A DNA stretch of 64,000 nt, taken from positions 96,001 to 160,000 of the forward strand of contig CBDATR010000010.1 of the NCBI GenBank assembly GCA_965200155.1. Reading direction: 5' to 3'. Within the stretch, counting starts at the first letter, position 1, and every line of letters starts with the position of its first letter. The notes under the pieces were generated by a model. That model saw only the letters and a list, made by a program, of their open reading frames with translations. It did not search any database and was not told where the DNA came from. The DNA is from Nitrosopumilaceae archaeon. Lineage in GTDB: Archaea; Thermoproteota; Nitrososphaeria; Nitrososphaerales; Nitrosopumilaceae. Positions 1 through 9,863 of this stretch are shown here, one piece after another. The position numbers and the translations under genes are program-made.

Positions 1-338
1 AGTATAACACCTATCTCGGAGAAGAGATTCAGCGCATCCGTATTTACCAGTATGCCAACCTCGCCAAGAAGTATCTGGGTGCTACTCTCCGGGAATACCC
101 AAATCCACACCGGAGACAGTGGACCCAGAAGCATCCCTGCAAACAGGTATCCCACTATGATCGGTTGTCGTATCTTGAAGAATACAAGCGTGATTATAGC
201 CCCCACAATCAACATAAATGCCAAGTCTGTCAAAAAGTCACGATGTGGCATCTCCGGAGTGATCTCGTTCAGTATGTTGATACCAACATCTGTCAGAGGT
301 CCAAAAATATCACCGGCTTGTAAAAAAAACTCCTGCAA
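1..338 (-). CDS. Cation:proton antiporter (CPA2/Kef-type), N-terminal part, runs off window
   Basis: Manual minus-strand translation from TTG 338: ...FLTDLAFMLIVGAIITLVFFKIRQPIIVGYLFAGMLLGP...LFSEIGVI, typical CPA2 N-terminus; not in ORF track. Confidence 0.8.
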   Translation of the reverse strand, partial: MQEFFLQAGDIFGPLTDVGINILNEITPEMPHRDFLTDLAFMLIVGAIITLVFFKIRQPIIVGYLFAGMLLGPLSPVWIWVFPESSTQILLGEVGILVNTDALNLFSEIGVI

Positions 339-383
339 TATGCTACACAAGTTGGCATATTTTAAAAACACTTCTAGCCTGTT

Positions 384-1552
384 AGTTTGTTGCATAACTC
401 CAAACAAGTTAGATTAAAAACGTATGTGAGAAACGGTTTGAGTATTTTTGTTTATTCTGTCATAGTGATTACTAACTTGGATCCAAGCATTAACATCTGA
501 GACTTTTTAAACAAACTTGATGGTATTCACCTACAATGCCAAGTACGTCCAGCGGAAGGCTATTTGGCTTTGATCATGCGTGGAATTGAAAAGGCCAACC
601 ATAACAAGGAGAGTGCTCCCTACCGGTATGTCGTGGACATGTTACATGACACTGAGAACGGCATTAGGTATGAGATACAGGCAGGTATCCGGATTCCTTG
701 CAGGACTACTAGAAGGGCATCAAACCCCGTACTACACTACAGACGCGGAAAAGATCTTGACATTAACAAGGGGAATGGCATGATTGTCGGCACAGACAAA
801 AAGCTGACGAGGGCCAATGATTGTGGACTCGACCGGCCTTGAATCGTGGTGAGTGGATTAGGGCCAAATGGAAAAAGAGACGCGGATTCATCAGTGCTCG
901 CGGACTGGGAGAACATATGCATTTACGGTTACCGGCGAGTGGGTTGGGGATACGCGCATGTTAAACAATGCAGTACTGGGCTCGTATGCAGAAGAGCCAC
1001 AACTGGACAGGAAGCACACCCTGGAATTGGAAAGTTCCGGACCCATTGCAACAGTTGCCATCTCTGGCAGGACCAACAGATAAGCCACCACCCGGAAACG
1101 CGCTGACTAACGGTGTGTCCCCCTTACCGAATAATGATGAGAAGCGCGCATGTAACCTCGAGTTGCTTGCGGATGGCGCATACGCGTCCAGGGGTAACAT
1201 GAAATTGTGCAGTGATAATCGAATCCGGACAACCATTCCACTTCATCTAAATTCCACCAAAGGAAAGGCAACTCATGGGGACTTGGAGGAAGTCCGGAAT
1301 CGCCCATTTTCCGCCTTTCTGATGAGGAAAAGGCCAAAAACAAGCAGTACTGGAAGGCGACAAAAGGGTACAACAGGCGATGGATAATCGAGATAATCAT
1401 AGAGCCGGTTCCCGTTCAAACGATTATTCGGGCACGGATTAATGGCGCGGAAATGGGATAACATACGAGTACAACGAGTGGGTGGACGCGGCAGCAACGT
1501 AGATTACGACATGGGGAACCTGTATTCGTCAAAGTCAGTTATGCAACAAACT
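384..1552 (+). mobile_element. IS5-family (IS903-like) element, degraded transposase
   Basis: TIRs AGTTTGTTGCATAACT (384-399) / AGTTATGCAACAAACT (1537-1552); frameshifted fragments incl. IVDSTGL and LADGAY. Confidence 0.8.
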
Positions 1553-1629
1553 CGTATATCTGAGTTTGTTGAATAACTATGCAACAAACTTTCAAACACG
1601 AAAATGATAAAAGAATCTTGATGTAGAAA

Positions 1630-2463
1630 ATGTCCATGGCCAACAATACCATAACTAATACAAATTGTCCTACCTGCGACAAGGTAAGTCTTCTGGAAGA
1701 TGAGGGTACTGGCGTAATATTCTGTAGTGAATGCAAGTATATTGTGTATGATGGAGTCTCAGACAAGAAAGCCAAATTTGCTATTCCAAAGGAGATACTG
1801 CGGATGTGGAGTACAAGCAATGGATCAGACCACAATGTACGACAGTCGTTGGAAGATATGTATTCCTACAGAACCCTTAATCTTAACAGCATCGTACTGT
1901 ACAAGGGAGCCCAGCTCTTTCTGCATGCAATGGGAATGAGACTCAGTCAGGGGCGACCAACACGAGAACTTGTAGCATCATGTCTGTATGCTGCATGTCG
2001 CATAACCAAGACGCCCATTACTCTCAGCGACATATCGAAAAATCTAGACATACGACAAAAGAACGTGGCCCGGTGTTATAGGATGTTGTATCAGCGTATG
2101 AACCTACAGATTCCGGTGGCCGATCCGGACAAGTGTATAATCCACATAGCCAAGAGAGCCAACCTAGGTAGCGATGTCACAGAACGTGCAATTTACCTGA
2201 CAGCCAAGGCCAAGGGCGGAAGCCTACTGGATGGCCGTGATCCTACAGGAGTTGCAGCTGCGGCCCTGTATTTGGCATGCATAGATCTGGGCCACCCTAC
2301 ATCCCAAAGTGAAATAGCCCAGGCATCCGGAATAACTGAGGTAACCATACGAAAAAATTACTCCTTGTTGATGAATTTGAGTGACAATGAAGAGACCAGT
2401 GAGGAGACATCTATCAACAGATCCATGATACGGCCGGGCCGTCGCCGTCAGTACAAAAGATAA
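1630..2463 (+). CDS. tfb: Transcription initiation factor IIB (TFB) paralog
   Basis: CPTC...CSEC zinc ribbon, two cyclin repeats (GRPTRELVASCLYAACR; GRDPTGVAAAALY; SQSEIAQASGITEVTIR). Confidence 0.85.
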   Translation: MSMANNTITNTNCPTCDKVSLLEDEGTGVIFCSECKYIVYDGVSDKKAKFAIPKEILRMWSTSNGSDHNVRQSLEDMYSYRTLNLNSIVLYKGAQLFLHAMGMRLSQGRPTRELVASCLYAACRITKTPITLSDISKNLDIRQKNVARCYRMLYQRMNLQIPVADPDKCIIHIAKRANLGSDVTERAIYLTAKAKGGSLLDGRDPTGVAAAALYLACIDLGHPTSQSEIAQASGITEVTIRKNYSLLMNLSDNEETSEETSINRSMIRPGRRRQYKR

Positions 2464-2478
2464 TCAGTAACAACGTAC

Positions 2479-2648
2479 GTAACCGTTTAGGCTGCCAACT
2501 CATTTCTCTATGTCACCAAGACAGAGACTAAATCCTGGTCACTTGCAATCATCGCACACATTAGGGCTGGCGGAGACCATTCCCCGCTAGTTTGGCATAT
2601 GCTTACCAATGAAAACAAGCCTCAATTCGGAGTGACTTGAACGGTTAC
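2479..2648. mobile_element. MITE with MITE-B-type ends, different interior (MITE-C)
   Basis: GTAACCGTTTAGG ... GACTTGAACGGTTAC ends; interior resembles 43950-44055. Confidence 0.55.
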
Positions 2649-2801
2649 AGGTTGTGCATGTGAACAAATTGTTAGTGATAAAATTGATGGTGGTGGCCAG
2701 TATATGAGTTTGACCGGCACAGCGGATTAGCGAGATCGTGATCTCTGAGTATCTGTTGATTACGCGCCGCGGGTAATTAGAATATGCCTAGTGTACGTTG
2801 T

Positions 2802-3042
2802 GTAACCGTTTAGGTCGAGTTAAAGATCAACACCTAGACGATAAATTCATGGCCATATGTAAGATAGAAAAAGCAAGATCGGACATGTTAGCGGTGTGTT
2901 TTGAACAGTTGTCCAGGGGTGACCTAAACGGTTGTATGAGTTCACCTGTGTCTAAATTTACGCACAACTGATCGCGACAGTTAAAGAACCGGTTCTTTTG
3001 TGCATAAGATTCCGGAAGACGTGAACTCATACAAACGGTTAC
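2802..3042. mobile_element. MITE-B (~136 bp core) with nested MITE-A
   Basis: TIR GTAACCGTTTAGGTC/GACCTAAACGGTTAC; interior matches 29442, 30656, 55464 copies. Confidence 0.85.
2934..3032. mobile_element. MITE-A (99-bp variant)
   Basis: TIR GTATGAGTTCAC/GTGAACTCATAC, 8-bp TSD AAACGGTT. Confidence 0.95.
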
Positions 3043-3052
3043 CCTTGGCATG

Positions 3053-3125
3053 ATCCACGTGTCCTCATATGGCTGCACCTGGGTGATGGTGTCCAGGGGT
3101 GACCTAAACGGTTACCCTTGGCATG
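3053..3125. repeat. 37-bp insert plus 36-bp duplication of adjacent sequence
   Basis: 3090-3125 equals 2910-2933 + 3041-3052 once MITE-A and one TSD are removed. Confidence 0.85.
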
Positions 3126-3145
3126 GCAAAAAAGTATATTGACCT

Positions 3146-3328
3146 ATGCACGACCCATTTTTGTTGGGTTGTTTTTGCGGTTGCGCCAAATATGAGAAGA
3201 ATGAAAACGGATTTCGATTGGCATGTGTAACATGTGGTCATGGACCGCAGAATCATGAGGAGGAGTTTCGTATGTCTGCTAGAAAAAACGAATCCGCGAG
3301 CCAAAAGCGCGACGCGGATTTTGGATGA
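3146..3328 (+). CDS. Small Cys/His-rich hypothetical protein
   Basis: 60 aa, CFCGC and CVTCGH...H motifs. Confidence 0.45.
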   Translation: MHDPFLLGCFCGCAKYEKNENGFRLACVTCGHGPQNHEEEFRMSARKNESASQKRDADFG

Positions 3329-3809
3329 CAATGTGTTAACCCATATTCTTCAGAAACTTCAAGCATACGGCTTTTTAGAGATCAGAATGCGGGTTCTGTA
3401 TACATTACAGTGAGCTCCGTACTCAAGATCGTCATCATCACATCAGCGAGATATTAACATCATTGCTCACCAAGGTGATTTTATTGTTGTATTTGACCGT
3501 TACACACAGGGTTAGTTGGCGCGTGTTTATGCAAGTTCACATGTGCCTAATTTCGTGCACGACGGAGTGTTATCGTACAAGATTTGAAGGAACGGGCACT
3601 CATACGCATGCTCCACTGTCAGAGTGGAATGAATTCCAAAGGGATGCTAGACAGAGATGAGAAAATTACAAATTCACCAGTGAAACAAAGAACGAAAATT
3701 CAACCATGCCATATCAGAATTCGTGCAAATCATACCTAAAATGAGACAGGCACGACAAACATAGCCCGCATTTAAAGATTGATAAATGGTGTTCTATTAT
3801 CCATAAAGA

Positions 3810-4217
3810 ATGGCAGAGGTAGACACCACATGCAGTCTAGAGAATTTTAGAAAGTTTCTTTTGAATAGTACATGCCGCTCCTTTGCGCCACAGACATATC
3901 TGGATGATCCAGAAATATTTCCCGAGAGATACGAGAAAGGTATCATCTATGTAGAAGCGGCAGACAAGGTTACGTTGAAGAAGATAGTAGACATAACCTT
4001 TGTGAATGCCCGGGAGGTATTGGGGATAATATACAATTCCAACAGTGGCAGTACCTCAATAAAATGGAGACAAACATCACGATTCAACGGCAGAGCCATC
4101 GGACACATATCCCGCAATTCGTTAAAGTATCTGGCAGAATCCGGAGTCCTGTCGCTGACCCAGATTGAAAAATGTGTAGACCAAATGGCCCGGGACAATG
4201 CTGGCAAAGTGGATTGA
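3810..4217 (+). CDS. Hypothetical protein
   Basis: 135-aa ORF overlapping the pelota start, coherent composition. Confidence 0.7.
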   Translation: MAEVDTTCSLENFRKFLLNSTCRSFAPQTYLDDPEIFPERYEKGIIYVEAADKVTLKKIVDITFVNAREVLGIIYNSNSGSTSIKWRQTSRFNGRAIGHISRNSLKYLAESGVLSLTQIEKCVDQMARDNAGKVD

Positions 4218-5238
4218 CGGAGAATCAGTAGCCGTCACGCCCCAGAACTCGGATGACATGCTAAGCTTGAGGAGGGTGATACGCCCCGGTGACAGAATAT
4301 CAGGTCAGACAACGTGGGTCATGAAACAAGACAGACAGTACGCCAGGCCCGACAAGGGAGAGAGAATACGTGTCAGGATATCCCTTTTGGTAGACAAGAT
4401 ATCTCTGGACAACGTATTGGACAGGTTGAGAATAGGAGGTACGATGCACGACTCTGACAACGAGGCCATCCCCCGGGGCATACGCCATTCCATTTTGGTG
4501 GGAGCGGGGAACACCATACGTATCTTTAAGCGACGGTGGCTCTCCGCGGATAGGCGTATTCTAAGACAACGCCGAGATCAGGGGTTTGTACTAGCAGCAA
4601 TAGACCGCTCGGAGTACTGTGTGGCACGACTCTCAGGCACGCATGTTCAACATACCGCTAACGTATACTCCGGTTCCGGGGGCAAGCGCTACAAGGTGTC
4701 CTTTGACGGGACGGCATATATTGAAGGGGCAGGCCGGGCCATAGATTCCATACTACAGAATAATGACACTGTAGTATTATTTGGGCCCGGAGATATCAAG
4801 AGGCGATTAGTCAATCATATGAAAAACAAGGGGACAAAGTTCCGCATATTGGTTGCAGAAGGAATAGACACGGCGGGCGAGGATGGCATATATCAATTTG
4901 CACGCTCAGATGCCCTGCAACAGACCATATCTGATTCTAAGATGGCCAAGGTGCTTGCCATCATCGATGACGTAATGGAGATGGCAGGCCGGGGCTCAAA
5001 GAAGTTCACCATGGGCTTTGCAGAAACACAGTATGGGGTATCCATTGGAGCAGTGAAATTTCTAGTGTACTCTGAAGGCATATTTGAAGGAAATGAGGAG
5101 GAGGACGTGATACAGTTGCTTAATGATGCGGAAAACACGGGAGTGACAGTATACGGAGTGGATTCCAGCACAGACTTGGGCCTGCGAGTGAGTAAATTGG
5201 GCGGAGTCATATCCGTATTACGATACACTATAGGCTAG
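4198..5238 (+). CDS. pelA: Pelota / Dom34 ribosome rescue factor
   Basis: eRF1-like: DDMLSLRRVIRPGD, RLRIGG, GPG, C-terminal LGGVISVLRY. Confidence 0.9.
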   Translation: MLAKWIDGESVAVTPQNSDDMLSLRRVIRPGDRISGQTTWVMKQDRQYARPDKGERIRVRISLLVDKISLDNVLDRLRIGGTMHDSDNEAIPRGIRHSILVGAGNTIRIFKRRWLSADRRILRQRRDQGFVLAAIDRSEYCVARLSGTHVQHTANVYSGSGGKRYKVSFDGTAYIEGAGRAIDSILQNNDTVVLFGPGDIKRRLVNHMKNKGTKFRILVAEGIDTAGEDGIYQFARSDALQQTISDSKMAKVLAIIDDVMEMAGRGSKKFTMGFAETQYGVSIGAVKFLVYSEGIFEGNEEEDVIQLLNDAENTGVTVYGVDSSTDLGLRVSKLGGVISVLRYTIG

Positions 5239-5546
5239 TGGACAGAGTCAGACAGCCACCTCATATAAGGATGGGATACGTGATCAGTGTCCAGCCGTAG
5301 TATCTCAGGAGTCGTATAGGGATGACAATCCCCTATTGCCTGACACAGTCTTTTGCCATTGTCTGAGGTGGTCTTGAATATAACCATGCATTCGGGAGAA
5401 TCCTGTATGGAGCCATCCCAGACATATATGGAATGTACCGGTATTATGCTAGCGCACGCAGCTACACCATCCTGCACTATCTTGCGGGATATGTTGCGCG
5501 CGTCTGTTTCGTTTTCAAAGGTGGTTATAACAACCGTAGCCGCCAA
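5235..5546 (-). CDS. cutA: Divalent-cation tolerance protein CutA
   Basis: AACASI, SIYVWDG, HPYTTPEI, PYMRWL. Confidence 0.9.
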   Translation of the reverse strand: MAATVVITTFENETDARNISRKIVQDGVAACASIIPVHSIYVWDGSIQDSPECMVIFKTTSDNGKRLCQAIGDCHPYTTPEILRLDTDHVSHPYMRWLSDSVH

Positions 5547-5589
5547 ACAGTAAACGATAAATGACCTCTTTTAAAAAAATTTCATTGGA

Positions 5590-6789
5590 ATGGATTTAGA
5601 TTTTCTGACTCAGAATGCCATTGTATACGTTCTAGTGGCGTGGGTGGTCATAGTTGTGGCCGCCAAGGCACTACGGCTGGAAAACCATGGTGTTGAACTC
5701 AAGTTCTACAGTCTGGTATACAAGAACAAAGGAGTTCAGGATGTTCTGGTCCGTATACTTGGTCGCACGCGACGGGGTATTCGAGTATTTGCAGATGTAA
5801 GCGTAGTGGCAGGCGTGGCCATGATGGGTTTTGGGTTTTGGTTTCTGATATCAAATGTAACATCATTCTTTGTAGAGCCGAGTGATTTTGCGGAGATCAC
5901 GGTTCTGATACCAGGAGTGACACTAACATCTGCGCATTCCATAATGTACTTTCTTTTGTCCATACCCATAGTACTGGTTATGCACGAGGGCGCTCATGGA
6001 ATAGTAGCCGCGCTAGAAAAGATCAGGATAAAAACCGGTGGCTTTGCCATTTTCATAGCAATGTTCGCGGGCTTCGTGGAACCCGATGAGGACGAGTTTA
6101 ACCGGGCCAAAAAAATATCCAGACTGCGAGTCATAGGAGCAGGGGCCACATCCAATGTTATATTCGCCATGGCCCTAGGCGTCATACTCTTAACCAATCC
6201 GCTCTTTGCGGTGGTTACGCCTGAACCGTTGTTAGGAATATTCTACGAGTCACCGGGAGGCGTGACCGTACAATCGGTTATCGAAGGATCCGGAGCCCAA
6301 GAGGCAGGATTGCAGGCCAACGACCTTATCGTAGAGATCTCCGGGCAAGTCATGGAGAGCCCCATGGATCTGTCTGGCCTGAATTTGGTCCCCGGCGATA
6401 GTGTGTCGGTCACAGCCATACGCGATAGTCAGCCCATGGAATTTTCAGTTGTAATAATGGAATCACCCGATAACCCTGAGCAAGGCCTAATCGGCATAAT
6501 GCGCGACAGCTTCTCATACATACCCGTGATGGACTTTATTGTATGGGATAATCACCAATTGTCCATGTTCCTGTTATGGCTATGGATGATATCATTCTTC
6601 ATAGGAATAATCAACATGCTACCCCTGCCCATACTAGACGGGGGCAAGTTCATCCAGACCATAGTTGAGGGCAGGACCTCAGAACGCTCCGTACAGGTTA
6701 TAATGTATTGTATATATGCATTCACTTTTGCGCTGTTCGCATTGAACATAGGTCTCTCGTATGCAAAATCAGGATGGTTTACGATATGA
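5590..6789 (+). CDS. Site-2 (M50) intramembrane metalloprotease with PDZ domain
   Basis: HEGAH, GFVEP, NMLPLPILDGG, PDZ-like segment. Confidence 0.9.
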   Translation: MDLDFLTQNAIVYVLVAWVVIVVAAKALRLENHGVELKFYSLVYKNKGVQDVLVRILGRTRRGIRVFADVSVVAGVAMMGFGFWFLISNVTSFFVEPSDFAEITVLIPGVTLTSAHSIMYFLLSIPIVLVMHEGAHGIVAALEKIRIKTGGFAIFIAMFAGFVEPDEDEFNRAKKISRLRVIGAGATSNVIFAMALGVILLTNPLFAVVTPEPLLGIFYESPGGVTVQSVIEGSGAQEAGLQANDLIVEISGQVMESPMDLSGLNLVPGDSVSVTAIRDSQPMEFSVVIMESPDNPEQGLIGIMRDSFSYIPVMDFIVWDNHQLSMFLLWLWMISFFIGIINMLPLPILDGGKFIQTIVEGRTSERSVQVIMYCIYAFTFALFALNIGLSYAKSGWFTI

Positions 6790-6813
6790 CTTCACGCAGG
6801 GGATAGTGGTAGG

Positions 6814-7350
6814 GTGGATTCTACTCCTGGCTGGGTCATAGTATACACGGGAGGCGGTAAGGGAAAGACCACAGCCGCATTGGGATTGGCTCTACGAGCC
6901 GTAGGATACGACAAGAAGATACGCATGATACAGTTCATCAAGGGATCTTGGCACTATGGCGAGATGAGCTCCTCGTCCAGGCTGGAGCCCAACCTGGAGT
7001 TGGTTGCAGTAGGACGAGGTTTTGTTGGAATACTAGATGACAACAGCACCTTTGAGCAGCACAAGACCATGGCCCAGACAGCTCTGAATATTGCCAAAAA
7101 AGACATGGTCTCAGACAGATACGACATAATCATACTAGACGAGATAAACTATGCGGTAAAAATGGATCTGATAAATGAGGACGATGTGCTTGATTTGATA
7201 CGCGCACGACCACGCCATATTGATTTGATTCTTACAGGAAATCATGCCCGGCCAGCCATAGTAGATGCCGCAGATCTTGTAACTGAGATGAAAGAGGTAA
7301 AACACCCATTCAAGAAGGGCATAAGGGCCCGCCGGGGCATAGACTTTTAG
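6814..7350 (+). CDS. cobO: Cob(I)yrinic acid a,c-diamide adenosyltransferase
   Basis: VYTGGGKGKTTAALG, QFIKG, ILDEI, KHPF...GIDF. Confidence 0.93.
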   Translation: MDSTPGWVIVYTGGGKGKTTAALGLALRAVGYDKKIRMIQFIKGSWHYGEMSSSSRLEPNLELVAVGRGFVGILDDNSTFEQHKTMAQTALNIAKKDMVSDRYDIIILDEINYAVKMDLINEDDVLDLIRARPRHIDLILTGNHARPAIVDAADLVTEMKEVKHPFKKGIRARRGIDF

Positions 7351-7372
7351 GATCAACAGACGCCATAGAATG

Positions 7373-7471
7373 GCATGAGTACACCTGTGTCTAAATTTAC
7401 GCATAGCTGATCGCGACAGTTAAAGAACCGGTTCTTTTGTGCATAAGATTCCGGAAGACGTGAACTCATAC
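7373..7471. mobile_element. MITE-A (99-bp variant)
   Basis: TIRs, TSD ATAGAATG. Confidence 0.93.
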
Positions 7472-7493
7472 ATAGAATGATGTAATTTTGGCA

Positions 7494-8693
7494 TCAACTG
7501 CGATTGTGTAATAGCCCAAATAACTGCCGGACGGCGAGTTTGGGATGGCGGATTGCCAGATTCATCATACCATGTAATCCAAAATCGGCCTTAACGAATG
7601 AGAGGAACTGATCAGCGCTGAGATCTCGTATAATATCCAGTTCCCGGTCCCATTGGGAATCGGTCAGGCCAAGCCAGCGGTCCTGTACCCTATACGCGGA
7701 CTTGATGCGGGACTCAGCTTTTGTCCTCCATGCTCTTTCATATGATGATAATGTATTACTGGACGCGTCGCCGCTAAGCGCGGCAGTCGCGGCGGTCTTG
7801 CCAGCCAGTCTGCCAAACTTTATTGCATAGCGTATTCCCTCTAGTACTAGAGGATTAGCCTGGCCAGCGGTGTCCCCAACCAGAATTACGCCATCATACA
7901 CACTCTTCCTACCTATTCCCTCATTGGGGATGAGACCGTAGTGATATTCCAGTACACTCATCTCACCAAGACGCCCCACGGGCCCAATCCCCTTGGACAA
8001 CATATTATCCAGTATGTGCTTTGGATCCTCGGCTCGTTGGGGTTTTGCTACACCCACTCCCACCCGGACCCGGTTACCAGCGATGGGAAATATCCATGCA
8101 TATCCTGCTGGCGAGTACATTGATCCTACCATGAGCCACCAGGTTTCTGTGTCCAGATTGTTTACAGCCATCTCGTACTCTGCACCCACGCCAAAACGAC
8201 CCCAAGGGGCAGCCAGTCCCATACTCTTGACTATCACGCCAGGAAAACCGCTGGCATCCACCACTACCTTGCCCCGTACCGGAAGTGTATTACTGCTTTC
8301 AGTTCCACTTACTATGATACCATCTGCATCACGCTTGGCTGAGTTGACTGCCGTACCTGTGTGAACTTGAACTCCGGCCTTTTGAGCCATTCTTGCAAGC
8401 CACCGGTACGTTCCTCTCACATCCAGTACTGCGGCTCCATACTCACTACCCCCTACCAGAACCTCGTTGTTGGGAGAGCAGAAGCCATAATTTTTAATCG
8501 GATTATAATACGCCTTGGGTATTCCAAATTCTTGTACTGTCTCCATCCACGTAACCCCACTGGTACGCACAGTAGTAGCTATCTGGGGCTCCCGCTCCAA
8601 AAGTATCACGCTGGCGCCATCGCGGGCGGCCTGAAGTGCTGCGGAGTTACCCGCGGGTCCACCACCAACCACCACCACATCGTATTTCTCCAT
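7494..8693 (-). CDS. Geranylgeranyl reductase family FAD oxidoreductase
   Basis: GGGPAG, GYAWIFP, VGDTAGQANP...EGI. Confidence 0.88.
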   Translation of the reverse strand: MEKYDVVVVGGGPAGNSAALQAARDGASVILLEREPQIATTVRTSGVTWMETVQEFGIPKAYYNPIKNYGFCSPNNEVLVGGSEYGAAVLDVRGTYRWLARMAQKAGVQVHTGTAVNSAKRDADGIIVSGTESSNTLPVRGKVVVDASGFPGVIVKSMGLAAPWGRFGVGAEYEMAVNNLDTETWWLMVGSMYSPAGYAWIFPIAGNRVRVGVGVAKPQRAEDPKHILDNMLSKGIGPVGRLGEMSVLEYHYGLIPNEGIGRKSVYDGVILVGDTAGQANPLVLEGIRYAIKFGRLAGKTAATAALSGDASSNTLSSYERAWRTKAESRIKSAYRVQDRWLGLTDSQWDRELDIIRDLSADQFLSFVKADFGLHGMMNLAIRHPKLAVRQLFGLLHNRS

Positions 8694-8913
8694 AGCGCAA
8701 GGTATGAAACTACGGTGAATATAGTGTTTGGTGGATATAGACAGAGGTCATGACCGTAATAGTATTCGGATTGTGTCTAACATGCATATGGCGTGGAGAT
8801 GACACTGTACACAAACAGGACGTATGTGCCAAACCTAGCACTTAGTGATGCGAGTATGACATAACCACAATATGCCACAACAGGGTTAAATTACACGCGA
8901 ATGGCCCTAGGTT

Positions 8914-9705
8914 ATGTCTGAGGAAGTGGAATTTCCGGAACCGGGAGAAATAGTGCTAGCCACGGTCACAAAAATAATAGCGCAAGGGGCATATGTTACA
9001 CTAGATGAGTACAACGGTATGCAAGGATTCCTGCATACTCAGGAGATTGCTCCGGGCTGGATCAAGGCAATAAACCGATACGTTAAGCGTGGTGAAAAGA
9101 AGGTACTCCGGGTCAAAAAGATAAACGCTGATCGTGGTGACATAGACCTCTCGCTTAAGCAGGTAACCAATGATCAGAAAAAGAAAAAGTTACTGGAGGT
9201 AAAGCGTTATGAGAAAGGTAGGACGCTGCTGAGTACTGTAGCCGAGAGAGCTGCCCTGAACGAGGAGGGTATTGGTAATCTAGAGGATTTATTGTACAGC
9301 AAATTTGACTCAGTATATGACGCGTTCTTGGATATGGCACGCAACGGCACCAAGGCGATAGAGAACCAAGTTGACGAGGGCGTGGTGGAGGCCATACGGG
9401 ATGTTTGCTCCAAGATAAAGCTGCCCACCGTGGAGATACGGGGCGTGGTGGAGATTACGTGTAATCGACCAGACGGTGTTGACTGTATAAAGAGTACGCT
9501 TACCGATCTTGATCAGCGATATCCAGGAAGTCACGTTACATACCTAGGGGCACCAAAGTACAGGGTTGCCATCATAGCAGCTGACTTTAAATCAGCAGAG
9601 AAGTTGCTCAAGCCCATGATCGCCGAGATACAAAAGAGTGTGCAGAGATATGGGGGCAAATTCTCGTTTCACAGAGAAGAATCCAAAAAGAACAGGGAGG
9701 AGTAA
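8914..9705 (+). CDS. eif2a: Translation initiation factor aIF-2 alpha
   Basis: S1 domain (PEPGEIVLATV, IDLSLK), YLGAPKYR; followed by Nop10. Confidence 0.92.
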   Translation: MSEEVEFPEPGEIVLATVTKIIAQGAYVTLDEYNGMQGFLHTQEIAPGWIKAINRYVKRGEKKVLRVKKINADRGDIDLSLKQVTNDQKKKKLLEVKRYEKGRTLLSTVAERAALNEEGIGNLEDLLYSKFDSVYDAFLDMARNGTKAIENQVDEGVVEAIRDVCSKIKLPTVEIRGVVEITCNRPDGVDCIKSTLTDLDQRYPGSHVTYLGAPKYRVAIIAADFKSAEKLLKPMIAEIQKSVQRYGGKFSFHREESKKNREE

Positions 9706-9863
9706 TGCGATTCATACTGCAGCGATGTGGAACCTGCATGACATATACCCTCAAAGAGAGGTGTTCTGTATGCAACACGGACACTGTCTTGGCCCATCCC
9801 GCAAAATTCTCGCCGGATGATAAATACCAGCGATACCGGTTGGCATCAAGATACGAGAGTTAG
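9705..9863 (+). CDS. nop10: H/ACA RNP protein Nop10
   Basis: Manual translation MRFILQRCGTCMTYTLKERCSVCNTDTVLAHPAKFSPDDKYQRYRL; canonical position after aIF-2alpha. Confidence 0.9.
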   Translation: MRFILQRCGTCMTYTLKERCSVCNTDTVLAHPAKFSPDDKYQRYRLASRYES

